Assembly: GCA_004022145.1 (NCBI GenBank)
Contig: RCNU01000005.1
Length of the DNA: 64,000 nt
Source: Paecilomyces variotii
Taxonomy: Eukaryota
Direction: 5' to 3' (one strand)
The notes under the pieces are model-generated. The model did not search any database. It was not told the DNA's origin and saw only the letters and a program-made list of their open reading frames with translations. Positions 39,670 to 50,543 of this stretch are shown piece by piece (positions within the stretch are counted from its first letter, which is position 1; every line of letters begins with the position of its first letter). The position numbers and the translations under genes were made by a program.

Positions 39670-42600
39670 ATGGTTGCCGGTGCAAGGGCACAGAGGCCCG
39701 TGGGCTCAACTGCCTGGGTCGCGGCAGAGAAGGAAAACATCGCGCAGCTGGTGAATCAGGAAATGGAGGAAATTGAGTATCCAGTTCGCCATGAGCTGGA
39801 GTGGCTGAATGAACATATGGCAGAGGTCTTCTCCTCGAATCAATTGTAAGGCTGCCATCTCGCCAGTTCCAGCAAAGCTTCAGCAGCTGACAGCGATCTT
39901 AGCAATGTTACCGAAATCTTTAAGACGCCAGGGAAGATGCGAGGCAAGACTCCACGAACGGCGCGAAAGCGCAACGTGGAGCAGGCCCGTGTGGTGAGTT
40001 CCAGTTGGGTCCCCGCGACCGTACGAAGTCGGTTACTGACATTTCACTTCAGCCCTTGAGCGATATATTTTCCTCTGCGAACCAGCCACCCAGGGCTAGT
40101 CCCTTCAATCAGGCGATTGCTAAATTAGCCGTCAACAAGGATGCGGAGAAATCTTCCCAGCCTCAATACCCTGACCTCAGACAAAATATGAACTCTTTCC
40201 CCAAATACAACACCGATTCAGGTTACCATGGCATGGCAGATGAGGACGAGATGGTTCTCCCAGGCATGCAGCAGGATTCACAGCCATCTACTCAACCTAT
40301 AGATGAGGAGCCAACCTTGATTGCGCACGATGCGCCCAGCCCTGTCGATCGTCGCACTACAGAAGGCTCCTTCCACTCCGCTCAGGAAAATGTTTTGGCG
40401 CGCGGTGAGACCCTGGAGCCAATGAATATAGGCACGTCTACTCCTAAAAAGAAAGTCGAAGTGCAGGTTCCAGAGATGTCGCGGGAATCGACTCCAGTTC
40501 AGAGTTCTGTACGATCGCCCGAAAAGAACGCCGCGCCTTCGGTACACGAATCGCAGCCGGCTGAGAAAGAGAGCAATGACGACATGGAGCTCGACAACCA
40601 GTTTGATGATATCGGTTCACCTTCCGATGGTTCAACTCCGGAACGGCCTTTGATGCGGAAGAGCAGCCTAACATTTGCTTCCCTTCCTGCTAGAGAACCT
40701 CTGATGACAAAGAAGAGCATGGGAGGCGCGAGGATCTCGAGGACGAGTCATGTCGACCTTGCGAAGATGAACACGGCTGGGCGCCCCAGCTACTTTGGCA
40801 GACAGACTGGTCCTGCGCGGAACACGCAAGCAGTACCTGAGCAACGCGATGAGAAGCTCCAGGAGGACAAGATGGATATTGATGATGAGAAAGAGCTTCA
40901 CCCTGAGGATCTGGAGGTCGACACGCAGGCTAGCAAGCTTCACACGAAATCATCTACCCAGAGATTGCACGAAAAGATCAGCATGCTTGGAAAACTACAA
41001 CCGTCGCGTCCGACGAAGTCGATTCCCGCTGTTTCGGCTCTTGCAGGCTCTCAAGTCGCATATCCTGACCTCTCCAACACGAAGCAGGAGCCGTCTACCC
41101 AAAGATCCGGCGTTACCCCGGCTCCTGAGCCTGCCGATGCCGAGGACGACGAATGGATCAAGCCATTGGCGTCTTCGCATAAGACGAAGATTCCAAAGAG
41201 CAACACCGCTGATGTTATGGAGAATGTGGCTGGGCATGAGACCGTCGGAAACATGGAGAAGGCTGAATCTCGGACTGCACAGAAGACTGCTGACTCTCCT
41301 GAAAAGAGCTCTCCTATGGCCGTCCAGTCCAAGCATGGCAAGACTGCGTCTACTTCCGTATTTTCATCGCCCCAGCGGTACGATTTCAAGAACGGCCTTC
41401 ACCAGAAGAGTGCGTCGGCCTCAAATCTGGACGCTGAATCGACAACACCTTCTACTTCTCCCAGGCGCCATGACGGTCCGTTGAGCGCATCCAAATCCAA
41501 ACTCCAATCGATCATGAAGACCGCTAAGGGTCTTTTCACGAGTAGCGCTGGAGTTTCAGCAGCCGCCAAGATGGAGACGCTATCTCCAACTGCCTCGCGC
41601 ACTCGACCTGGCACTCAGCATGGTGCGGTTGAAAAAGACCATTCTCGTCCCGCGTCCCCCAGTCCACCAAGATATGAAGGGCGCAGAACGCGCAGTTCCA
41701 CCGAGAGGGAGGAGAAGAGGAAGCAGAAGGAGCGGGAGGATCGACAACGCGTGGAAGAGGAAACGGAGAAAGCCAGGGAGCAAGAAAGGCAAAAGGTTGC
41801 CCAGCACAAGGCATCCCTAGAAAGGGCAGAGCGGGAGAGACGTGAAGCTTCGGAGCCTGAGCCTGTGAAATCAAGCCCGAAGAAGGCACCTCAACTTCAG
41901 AAGCAAGCCGTACGAGAACCCGAGCCGAGTGCATCTCATGCTCAACAGGCTCCTAGACCCGCTGACCGACGACCGGTGAGACCAACGCGTGAAACTGCAC
42001 CGAAACCAAAACCGCAGCCTGTCTCGATCCGAGTAGGAAGTGCACTTTCCCGCCAGATACCATTGGCATCTGCCTCGTTTGCTTCACAGATACCCGAGCC
42101 GAGTCAGACAGCAACAACACCAGCGGCTGCCTCGAAGCAGCCTGGTCTCAGTAAGAAGGCTAGTAATACTTCGTTGTACACCACCGCCTCGACAGGTAGC
42201 TTCAAGAGCTCGGTATCCTCCCAATCTCAGCGGAAGGCACAGTTGGCTGCAGATCGGAAGAGGGAGCAAGAGGAACGAGAAGCTCGACGCAAAGAAGAGC
42301 AGAAAAGAGAACAGGAACGTAAGCGTGCTGCTCAGCAACAACAGGAGGAGGCACGTCGTCAGGAAATGCGCAATCGAGCCGAGGCTGAACGACGGGAACG
42401 TGAGCAGTCTGTTGCAGACGACCCTAAGAAGAGCGCTCAGAAACAGGCAATTGAGAAGCGTAGATTGGAGAATACTCGCAAACTCGAAAGGCAAGGCAGT
42501 CAGCAGCCGACTGCTGCAAGTGAATTGGTATGTTATCCTTGATCTGGACAGTGCCAACATCTTCTGACAGTTCCTTCTTTCACAGAATTCGATCCTCCAG

Positions 42601-43555
42601 CAAGAGAAGGGTGCATCCCAGGCCTCGCAACGTAGTGATCTTGGTACAAACAGACCAGCGTCCCGCCTTGGCTCTGCTCAACCCTTCGGTCGCTCTATCA
42701 ACCAGCCAGCGCCCAACCCAGCAAAGCCACCCAAGAGGGCACTAGAAGAAGAAGCCCACAGCCGGGCCACTGCACCGAAGCCCAGCACGGCGTATCAGGC
42801 AGAGTCCAAGCGGAGGAAGACGGAGGACGAACATAATCCCCTGCCTCCCGTGCGACCAACCATGGCTCCACCGATTCGCCAGTCAAGTATCCGCAAGGTA
42901 AGTTTCATCTTCGCCCCCAGAAAGAATCAGCACTAACAGCCTGCAGGAGGCTTCCAAGTCACAGATCTTTCCACATGGCTATCCCACGGCTCCCCCGCCT
43001 GCGGCCCATCATCAGGCGTCCTTGTACAAAAACGCTCCTGCTGCTGCTCACGCACAGCATGCAGGCCCTTCAAGGCCCGGACACCCTCTCGATATGAGCA
43101 AGTATACTAGCGGCAAGATACCCTTTGCGGATGCTCCCAACCAAGGCTCCTCTTCTCAAAAGACTCCAGGTCATGGTGTCCAGAAAGCTCCGGCTAGGCC
43201 CTCGCCCAAGTATCCTAGCGGAGAGAGTATCCATTTGCCGGAGATCGCGACTGACAGCGAGGAAGAAGATTCGGATGCAGAGATCATGCCAGTGCCCAAG
43301 TGGGCTCAACCGGATGAGCTGAGGGCCCTCTTGATCGAGCAGGAGGGCAAGGAGGCAGATATGATTTTCGGCCCGATTGCACCATTCTCGCTGGAGGAGA
43401 CGTTCAAGGCTGACAAGAAGATCAAGAAGTTCCGAGACCGTACCAGCAGTGCCAACTGGGCCGGTCCTGATGGACTGACTCAGGAGGAAGTCCGGAAAGA
43501 TCTTGCTGAGCGACAGCGGCTGAGACTGAATGGCGGATGGACATTCGCCCCTTAG
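39670..43555 (+). CDS. INCENP: Inner centromere protein (INCENP; Sli15/Pic1 homolog), chromosomal passenger complex
   Basis: N-terminal helix VRHELEWLNEHMAEVF; long low-complexity and coiled-coil middle; C-terminal Aurora-binding IN-box LPEIATDSEEED..PKWAQ..IFGPI..RTSSANW; 4 introns. Confidence 0.88.
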
Positions 43556-43566
43556 ACCAAGTACAT

Positions 43567-43606
43567 TATTTTTTTGTTGTTCTTTTTTTTTTTTTTTTTT
43601 TTTTTC
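43567..43606 (+). repeat. Poly(T)-rich tract just downstream of INCENP
   Basis: ttattttttttgttgttc followed by a run of more than 20 T. Confidence 0.8.
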
Positions 43607-44737
43607 AATTGCAGAGAGCCAGCATTTTTGCGCGTCCCAGAGGGAAAACTGGGTGTTGGGACTGCTGGGAGCGGCGTTTCCTGATTGCATGCATATACTA
43701 GGGAATTGTGTTGTTCTTTTTTGGCGTTTGTGGCTGGGATCTATATTATTTCATCCGTACCGGTACGCTCGAGGCTTGAGCGTACCGTGTATCTTGGGGT
43801 CTATTTTAGGGTCTAGGATCTTAGATATTGCTTGAGTCTGCCGCTCATACGTTATTAATCCAGACTTTAAAGTCTTTCTAGTCTTTCTAGCTGAACTTTG
43901 TCCTGCGACCTTTTGGTGGCCCATCATGTGAGATTCGTCAATGACATCCAGTTTGGGGGCCAAGTTCCCTTTTCCATCCATTGAACAACCACCAACGCAG
44001 CCATCTTCCCCTCCGTCTCGATTAAGCGAGATAGATCGTCTTGATCCGAAAGCCGGCCTGTCCCGGGAACCCACTCCTATACGGGAGAAACGCATCTATA
44101 CCTCGTATGCGATAGTTCGCACACGAGTTGTGTGCTCCGGCATACATAGCCATGCGCCCCGGGACTGATCATTATGCTAACATTAGCGTTTCATCCATGC
44201 CACCCCGCCTTGCAGGAAAATCTATGCTTGTTATCATGCATGGCGGACAGGTAGCTGCCAGGTGGCCGCGTCAAATCGTCCAGTGGCAGTTGCTGGTTAC
44301 TGGTTACGGCCGCTTGAGATGCCACGACGCGGTTCAGATGTATGCATCCTCCTGACGGTGTCGAGGAGGGGGGAAGCGCCGTATCTATCTATCGAGAAGG
44401 CCACCCAGATCTGGCTTATGTGCTTACGGGAGGATATATCTCTCCGGATGAGGCGTGAAGACGGCCTGTCTTCACCGCTACCGTCATCTTCGGCCTTGTT
44501 TGTTAGTTCATATATTCCATCTTTTTCTGGCATAGACCCCCCTTCTTTTCCATTTTGTACTTTCTACATTGTCTACAGTGCACTTCTTCTCATTGTCTGT
44601 CTTGACAATCTGTCTCCCATCACATATCTCTAATTCTAGACTCCACACGCACTGATGCTCTCCATCTACACCTGTCTGGTCTGTAGATATCTTCGAAGAC
44701 TCGCGGAGGGCGGCTAGTTAGAGAGAGAGAGAGAGAG

Positions 44738-45817
44738 ATGAATCTACCACTTCCGAGCCCATCGTCCCTGAGCCCTGTTGCTCGTTTGATGGAGAGCGGC
44801 GAATGGGACGAGGCTCAGGATGTCCTCCAGCGAATTCTACAGAAGAAAGAGCACGAAGCAGGAGCCAGTCATCCCGAAACGCAGCGTGTGAGGAACATGC
44901 TAGCCTGCGTCTATCGTCGTCAGGGCCGGAAGAATCACGACGCAGACGCTGCAGATACTGCTCGACAGCGCTCGGGCAGCTCAGAAGGGGGCACTGCTTC
45001 CGCCGCGAGATCGAGCAATTCTCCCCTTTCTGCTCGTTCTCCTCCTTCGAATAGTCCTGAGCATCAAAATCAGCAGCACCAGCAGCACCAGCAGCAACGA
45101 CATATACTCCAAACATTGGATGCCGAACGACGAGCTCTCGAACTAACCCTCCGAAGAAGCCTTCGCCATCCAGGCTCTCGTCCTAATCTCGACATGCTGT
45201 CCCGTATGGACTCACTCGCAGATACATACTTCGAACATAACCATCCAGAGACATCCGCGCAGCTCCACCAGACTGTTCTCCGACTTCGTACTTCCACCCT
45301 CGGCCCTGGAAACCCGCTCACCATCGTGGCCATGGACAGTCTAGGCCGCGACTACGCCGCCCAGGGACAATTCAAAGACGCACTCCGCCTACAAGAAGAC
45401 GCAGTAGAGGCCGGCCGCGTGCACCTCGGCCAAGAAGACATCGTCACATTACGCTGCATCGTACATCTAGCAGAGACATACGGCCGGGTAATGGCCGAAG
45501 CGCCAACAATACCACCCAACGCGCGCGCAATCCCGTTTCTCGAAAACGCCGTATCAATCCTCGAGAGGACAGCGGGTTCAGAAAGCTCTGACACCGCGTC
45601 CATACGATATTACCTTGCCGTGGCGTATTCGAGAATCGGGGCACGGATCGGCGACGCAGAGGTGCTTCTAGCGGCTGTTTTGGGATGGAGTCGTCGGAAT
45701 GTCGAGACGGGGAATAATACTGCGATTCAGATCATGCGGAATCTAGTGACGTTGTATCGGCATCTGGGGAAGTTGGATCGAGCTCATGAGGTGGAAATGC
45801 TGTTGAGGGCAAAATGA
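44738..45817 (+). CDS. TPR-repeat (kinesin light chain-like) protein
   Basis: Repeated LGxxHPxTL-type TPR units (GASHPETQRVRNMLACVY, LGPGNPLTIVAMDSLGRDY, LGQEDIVTLRCIVHLAETY). The start may lie further upstream. Confidence 0.8.
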   Translation: MNLPLPSPSSLSPVARLMESGEWDEAQDVLQRILQKKEHEAGASHPETQRVRNMLACVYRRQGRKNHDADAADTARQRSGSSEGGTASAARSSNSPLSARSPPSNSPEHQNQQHQQHQQQRHILQTLDAERRALELTLRRSLRHPGSRPNLDMLSRMDSLADTYFEHNHPETSAQLHQTVLRLRTSTLGPGNPLTIVAMDSLGRDYAAQGQFKDALRLQEDAVEAGRVHLGQEDIVTLRCIVHLAETYGRVMAEAPTIPPNARAIPFLENAVSILERTAGSESSDTASIRYYLAVAYSRIGARIGDAEVLLAAVLGWSRRNVETGNNTAIQIMRNLVTLYRHLGKLDRAHEVEMLLRAK

Positions 45818-46658
45818 ACTACTTCTCTTCTACATGGTACTGAACGCGGGCGACAATTCAGTTTTGAGTCAATAATTGCTATTTAGTTATACCTCAAGAA
45901 GTAAAACTATACAAATGACAGTAAATACTTACTAGTTGGTTGTCTTGGCGCTAATAATATGCAAAACATGAATTAACTGCTTTATTGGAGGCGAGCTAAA
46001 AGGCCCCTATTACCCTATACAAAGGGCACAGAACAATCAACGCCTAGCCACTTATTTCCACCTATTTAGGATCATGTCAGACACGCCGGAAGTAGGAAAT
46101 ACGTAGATATAGTGGCGGAGGCAGTGCTCCAGGCAGGAATTAGCCAGGGTGAAGTCCTATAGTTAGGTCCTAGGGACCCAAAAGATTATATTCCCGTACT
46201 CTAAGCTTCTCTTCCTATCTCGCTTCTGTGGTCTTAAACCCCGACGAGATTTACTCTATTTGTAAGGAGCATTTAGGTGGCGTGGTAAAATCGCAGTACG
46301 ATATTAAGACTAACCGCCAGAGTTCTAAAGGAACACTATAGGATGCGCTATTCAAATGGTAATTTGTAGATTATATAAACCTTTATATATGATCCCCCTT
46401 TTTTTTTATCTGAAAGTATAGATCACTAGATATAAATGAAACTGGATGCCTTAAATAGGTCTGGCTGAAGTTAAGTGAGGAGGTTTTGATATCTATCACT
46501 TGTCATAAGTCTTGATTAAGTACTTAAAGGGGCTATTGTGCAATCCTAGTTCAGCACAGACGTCAGAACAGTTGGTATCAAAAGCCTCCTTTGGCAATTG
46601 AATTCTTGATTAAGGAAACTGTAAGTTATATATCTTGGCTAGTCGATTCAAATCTTGA

Positions 46659-47018
46659 CTAGGCAACGAGCGTAGTAAAATCAAACACCCTTGATCTGGT
46701 GCACACCTTTTTAGAAAACAATAGTAGGCTTTCATTTGCCAGCAGCTCCAGGATTGTGACAGCCGCTTCAAGTTCCTTGAATATCCAATTTCTCATCTCC
46801 ACAGCAACTAGTGAGTCGATCCCATAATCGGACAACGGATGGGAGGCCTGTATCTCTTGTTCTTGTATCATTGAGAGCGACGATATCTTTGAAATAATTG
46901 CACTGGAGACTTCCTGTATTGCTTCAGGCACTGTTTTGGCCTGTCGCAATTTGTCACGGAGTCGGATAGAGGCGTTGGGACCATCAGCAGTAGACTCCAG
47001 GGGGCGAAGTGCATACAT
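46659..47018 (-). pseudogene. Isolated C-terminal acyl-carrier (PP-binding) domain of a reducing type I PKS; PKS relic or stand-alone ACP
   Basis: PLSDYGIDSLVAVEMRNWIFKELEAAVTILELL carries the DSL phosphopantetheine Ser. In-frame stops lie just upstream of the ATG, and no KS/AT/KR domain was recognised in the window. Confidence 0.75.
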
Positions 47019-47500
47019 ACTATCACCAAGTCATTTCTCGGATAACTAACGAACAAGGAAGTGAACCCTGCATGCTACTAGTTACTTACTGCAAATAAAA
47101 CCAGACTGGGCGAAGCAGCAACAGTACCATCAGCGACATGCTTGAGACTCGAATACAAGTTGATGGAATATGTTGAGATACGGGAATTAACGGGCCACTA
47201 GACTGGAACCATAGTAGTTCCCTGTCATCTCGTCAGGATCTAATTAATTAGCCCACCGCCTATAGGAACGTTTCCGATTTCCGTCTCTTTGTTCTTCTGT
47301 GGCAGTCTACTGCCTACTATTATTATACAGAGATGAAAACAATGTCGAATGCTTACACGCGTTGATCCTTGTCCATTCGCTCACCCTTCTCCCTGGGCTG
47401 AGACTGAGATCCCCATTGCGCCTGGATTCAGATTCCATCTCTTGTTCTCATTCTCATCTATTATATCATTCTCGTCTTTGTGCTGCAGACTATAAACTAG

Positions 47501-49084
47501 ATGGCTACGGAGGTTGCAAATGATCCTGCCTCATCCACGCCAGAACAGCCTCCAAGGGATCAAAGAGCTGATGAGGGCGAGGTCTATTCGATCTACCAGG
47601 GCAAGGCCAAGATCTTGATTGTCCTCACGGCGTCCATTGCCGGCTTCTTCTCGCCCCTCTCTGCGAATATCTATCTCCCTGCGCTCAACACGCTGGCCGA
47701 CCAGCTGCATGTGAGCAACACGTTGATCAATCTGACCGTGACAACGTATATGGTACGTGGAGTCCATCTCAGAGAGAGTACCGATGGATGAGCTCATTGT
47801 CGATCAAAATCGCTAACGTCATCCTTTCTTCTTTCTCTTCAGATCTTCCAAGGATTGGCTCCAGCCATCTTTGGGGGTTTCGCAGATAGTGCCGGTCGGA
47901 GGCCCGCGTACATCATCTGTTTTATTGTCTACATCGCCGCCAATATCGGCCTCGCTCTGCAGCGGAACTATGTGGCCCTCATTATCCTCCGCTGCTTGCA
48001 AAGCACAGGGAGCAGCAGCACCGTCGCCCTAGCCAACGCCATTGTGGCCGATGTAGTGACTACTGCGGAACGCGGGGTCTATATCGGATACGCATCTGCT
48101 GGAGGGATCCTTGGGCCATCTCTCGGACCCATTATCGGCGGCTTGCTGACCCAGTTCCTGGGGTGGCCCTCGATCTTCTGGTTCTTGACCATCTTCGCTG
48201 GCGCTTTCTTTGTCCCCCTCCTGCTCTTTCTCCCAGAGACTGCTCGCAGGATTGTAGGCAACGGCTCTCGCCCGCCTCCGCGCTGGAACCAGTCTCTGCT
48301 GCAGCTCTGCTCGCGCCACCGGTCTGGGGAGACGCCAGTGCAGGCACGCGTTCACTTTCCCAACCCGCTCAAAACGCTGGTCATTGTTTTTGACCGGGAA
48401 GTCTTCCTGATCCTGGCCTGCAACAGCCTCATCTTCGGCAGCTATTATGCCGTCTCCACCAGCGTTACCTCGCAGTTCAAGATGATCTACGGGTTCAATG
48501 ACGTCCAGATAGGTCTCTGCTTCATTCCAGTCGGCGTTGGCAGCTTGCTGGCAGCTTACACACAAGGCCGTATGGTGGATTGGAACTACGCGCGGTACGC
48601 CCGCCAGCAAGGCATTACAGTCTCCAAGACGCGTCGTCAGGACCTGACCACCTTCCCTATCGAACGGGCCCGAACAGAGGTCGTATTCCCTCTGATTGTC
48701 CTGGAGGGGCTGGGCATGATCGCCTACGGCTGGGTGCTGCACTACCAGACGAACCTTTCTGGCCCGCTTATCTTGCTCTTCATCATCGGGTACACTTCGT
48801 CAGCAACATTCAACATCCTGAGTGTCCTGATGGTCGATATTTACCAGGAGAGTCCGGCGACGGCGACAGCTGCCAATAACCTGACGCGTTGTTGGCTCGG
48901 AGCAGCCTTCACGGCGTTTATATTGCCAATGATCGATGCCATCGGACGTGGCTGGGCCTTCACCATAATTGGGATTATCTGTTTCCTGTGTGTGCCAGTG
49001 CTTCTGGCAGTATGGCAATGGGGTTATGGCTGGCGGCAACAGCGCCAGCGTCGTGAAGAGGAGAAGCAGTTACTGCGTACATAG
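47501..49084 (+). CDS. MFS drug:H+ antiporter (DHA1, Qdr-like), 2 exons
   Basis: SANIYLPAL, FADSAGRRP, LGPIIGG, LPETAR, FPIERAR and NNLTRC; intron 47753-47842. Confidence 0.93.
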
Positions 49085-49899
49085 GATCTGTCACAGAAAC
49101 CGACCTGAAGCAAGATCGATCTTCTCAACAAAACTCCTGTTCTTTGTATCGAACAGGTATATTTTGAACTTTTATGCTCAACAGTGACTTAAGGTCAATT
49201 CAAACTGCTAGTTAGTCCAGATTCATAGACTAGATCTAATGTTTTATTTCTACCTAAAGCATGACTAACTATATCTTAATCCATCATCAAGTCGACTAAT
49301 AGATCACTTATACAAAACTCTTCAAACCTCATCTTTTGTATCTCAAACAACGAAAGCTTATATCTATAGCCATCTGGTTCTAGTTTAGATAAGCTACTAT
49401 AACTAGTCTACATTTTACATTTAATCGGAGATTTTCAACAGAAAATAAATCTTAAAAGCAATCTAACTTTTGAAAAAAATCAGGTATAACTAATCCTTGT
49501 GTATAACTATAAGAATATAACATCTGTTAGATATCGTATGTACATAATTACCGCTACGCAGCAGCATACATAATACCACCGTGCGCTACAAGGAGCAATT
49601 ATTGCAGGAAAGATCAGCCAATATCTACTCTACTGTAGCCTAATCTTGACGCGGTCAGAATGTAACGATCGGCCGGCCCGGCGGAAAATATATTTATCTT
49701 ACCAACACTGCAGGAAGACCTACGTAAGTAATATAAACATAGTAAACAGGGTATATAGAGTAATAACAATAAGATAAAAAGGCCCAGAAAATTATAGTAA
49801 TTAATGCAAGGTTTAAAAAAATCCTGCAATATAGGGATTCCATGTAATCTGGGACCGGAAAAAAAAAAGAATTTGAAATTCCCGTTTTAATTTTTGAGT

Positions 49900-49970
49900 T
49901 GCATCATCCGTGAATCGAACACGGGCCTCGTCGATGGCAACGACGAATTCTACCACTAGACCAATGATGC
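49900..49970 (-). tRNA. tRNA-Gly (GCC), intronless
   Basis: Reverse complement GCATCATTGGTCTAGTGGTAGAATTCGTCGTTGCCATCGACGAGGCCCGTGTTCGATTCACGGATGATGCA: acceptor stem GCATCAT/ATGATGC, anticodon loop TTGCCAT, TTCGA T-loop. A downstream T10 run (A-run at 49859-49868) could act as the Pol III terminator. Confidence 0.97.
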
Positions 49971-50543
49971 TTGTTGATGTACTACCCGTACATTATAGGG
50001 TATATAAGTGAAATTTATACTGGGTAGGTTCTTTTTTTCGGTCAAGATCTAACTAAACTCTAGCTGCATGGTTATTATTACGGATTGACTATCCTTTCAT
50101 GCCGTTGTGCAGTTTCGGGGGCCGATTTTACCGCAAGTGATAACACCGGAATTGATCCGATCGTATCTTGTCATTGTTCCATGAACTTTACAGATTGCAC
50201 TCTGCGTCGTGGATATATATCTATCTAGGGCAGGCATGCGGAAATGCTCCGTTTTCTATCGGGGAGTTAACTTGCAGGGAAACTCGATGCGTTCGATTGC
50301 GTCTAAATTCAATCCCGTTCTTCAAAGTTTAGCCTCCTCGTGTTCGGCAGATCAAGTAGATCGCGATCATCGTGTTTACGAATACGAGAGATCGCGTCAA
50401 GGATTCAAAATGATACATCATCGGATGAGTTTGTCACGTAACAATATACAGTATTGAAGGCCCTGGCCGAGAGACAAGGCCCGGCTGTACCAGAAATCTT
50501 TCAGTATTCTATGTTATTTTACAACAGGCTCTCGCCCTTAGAC

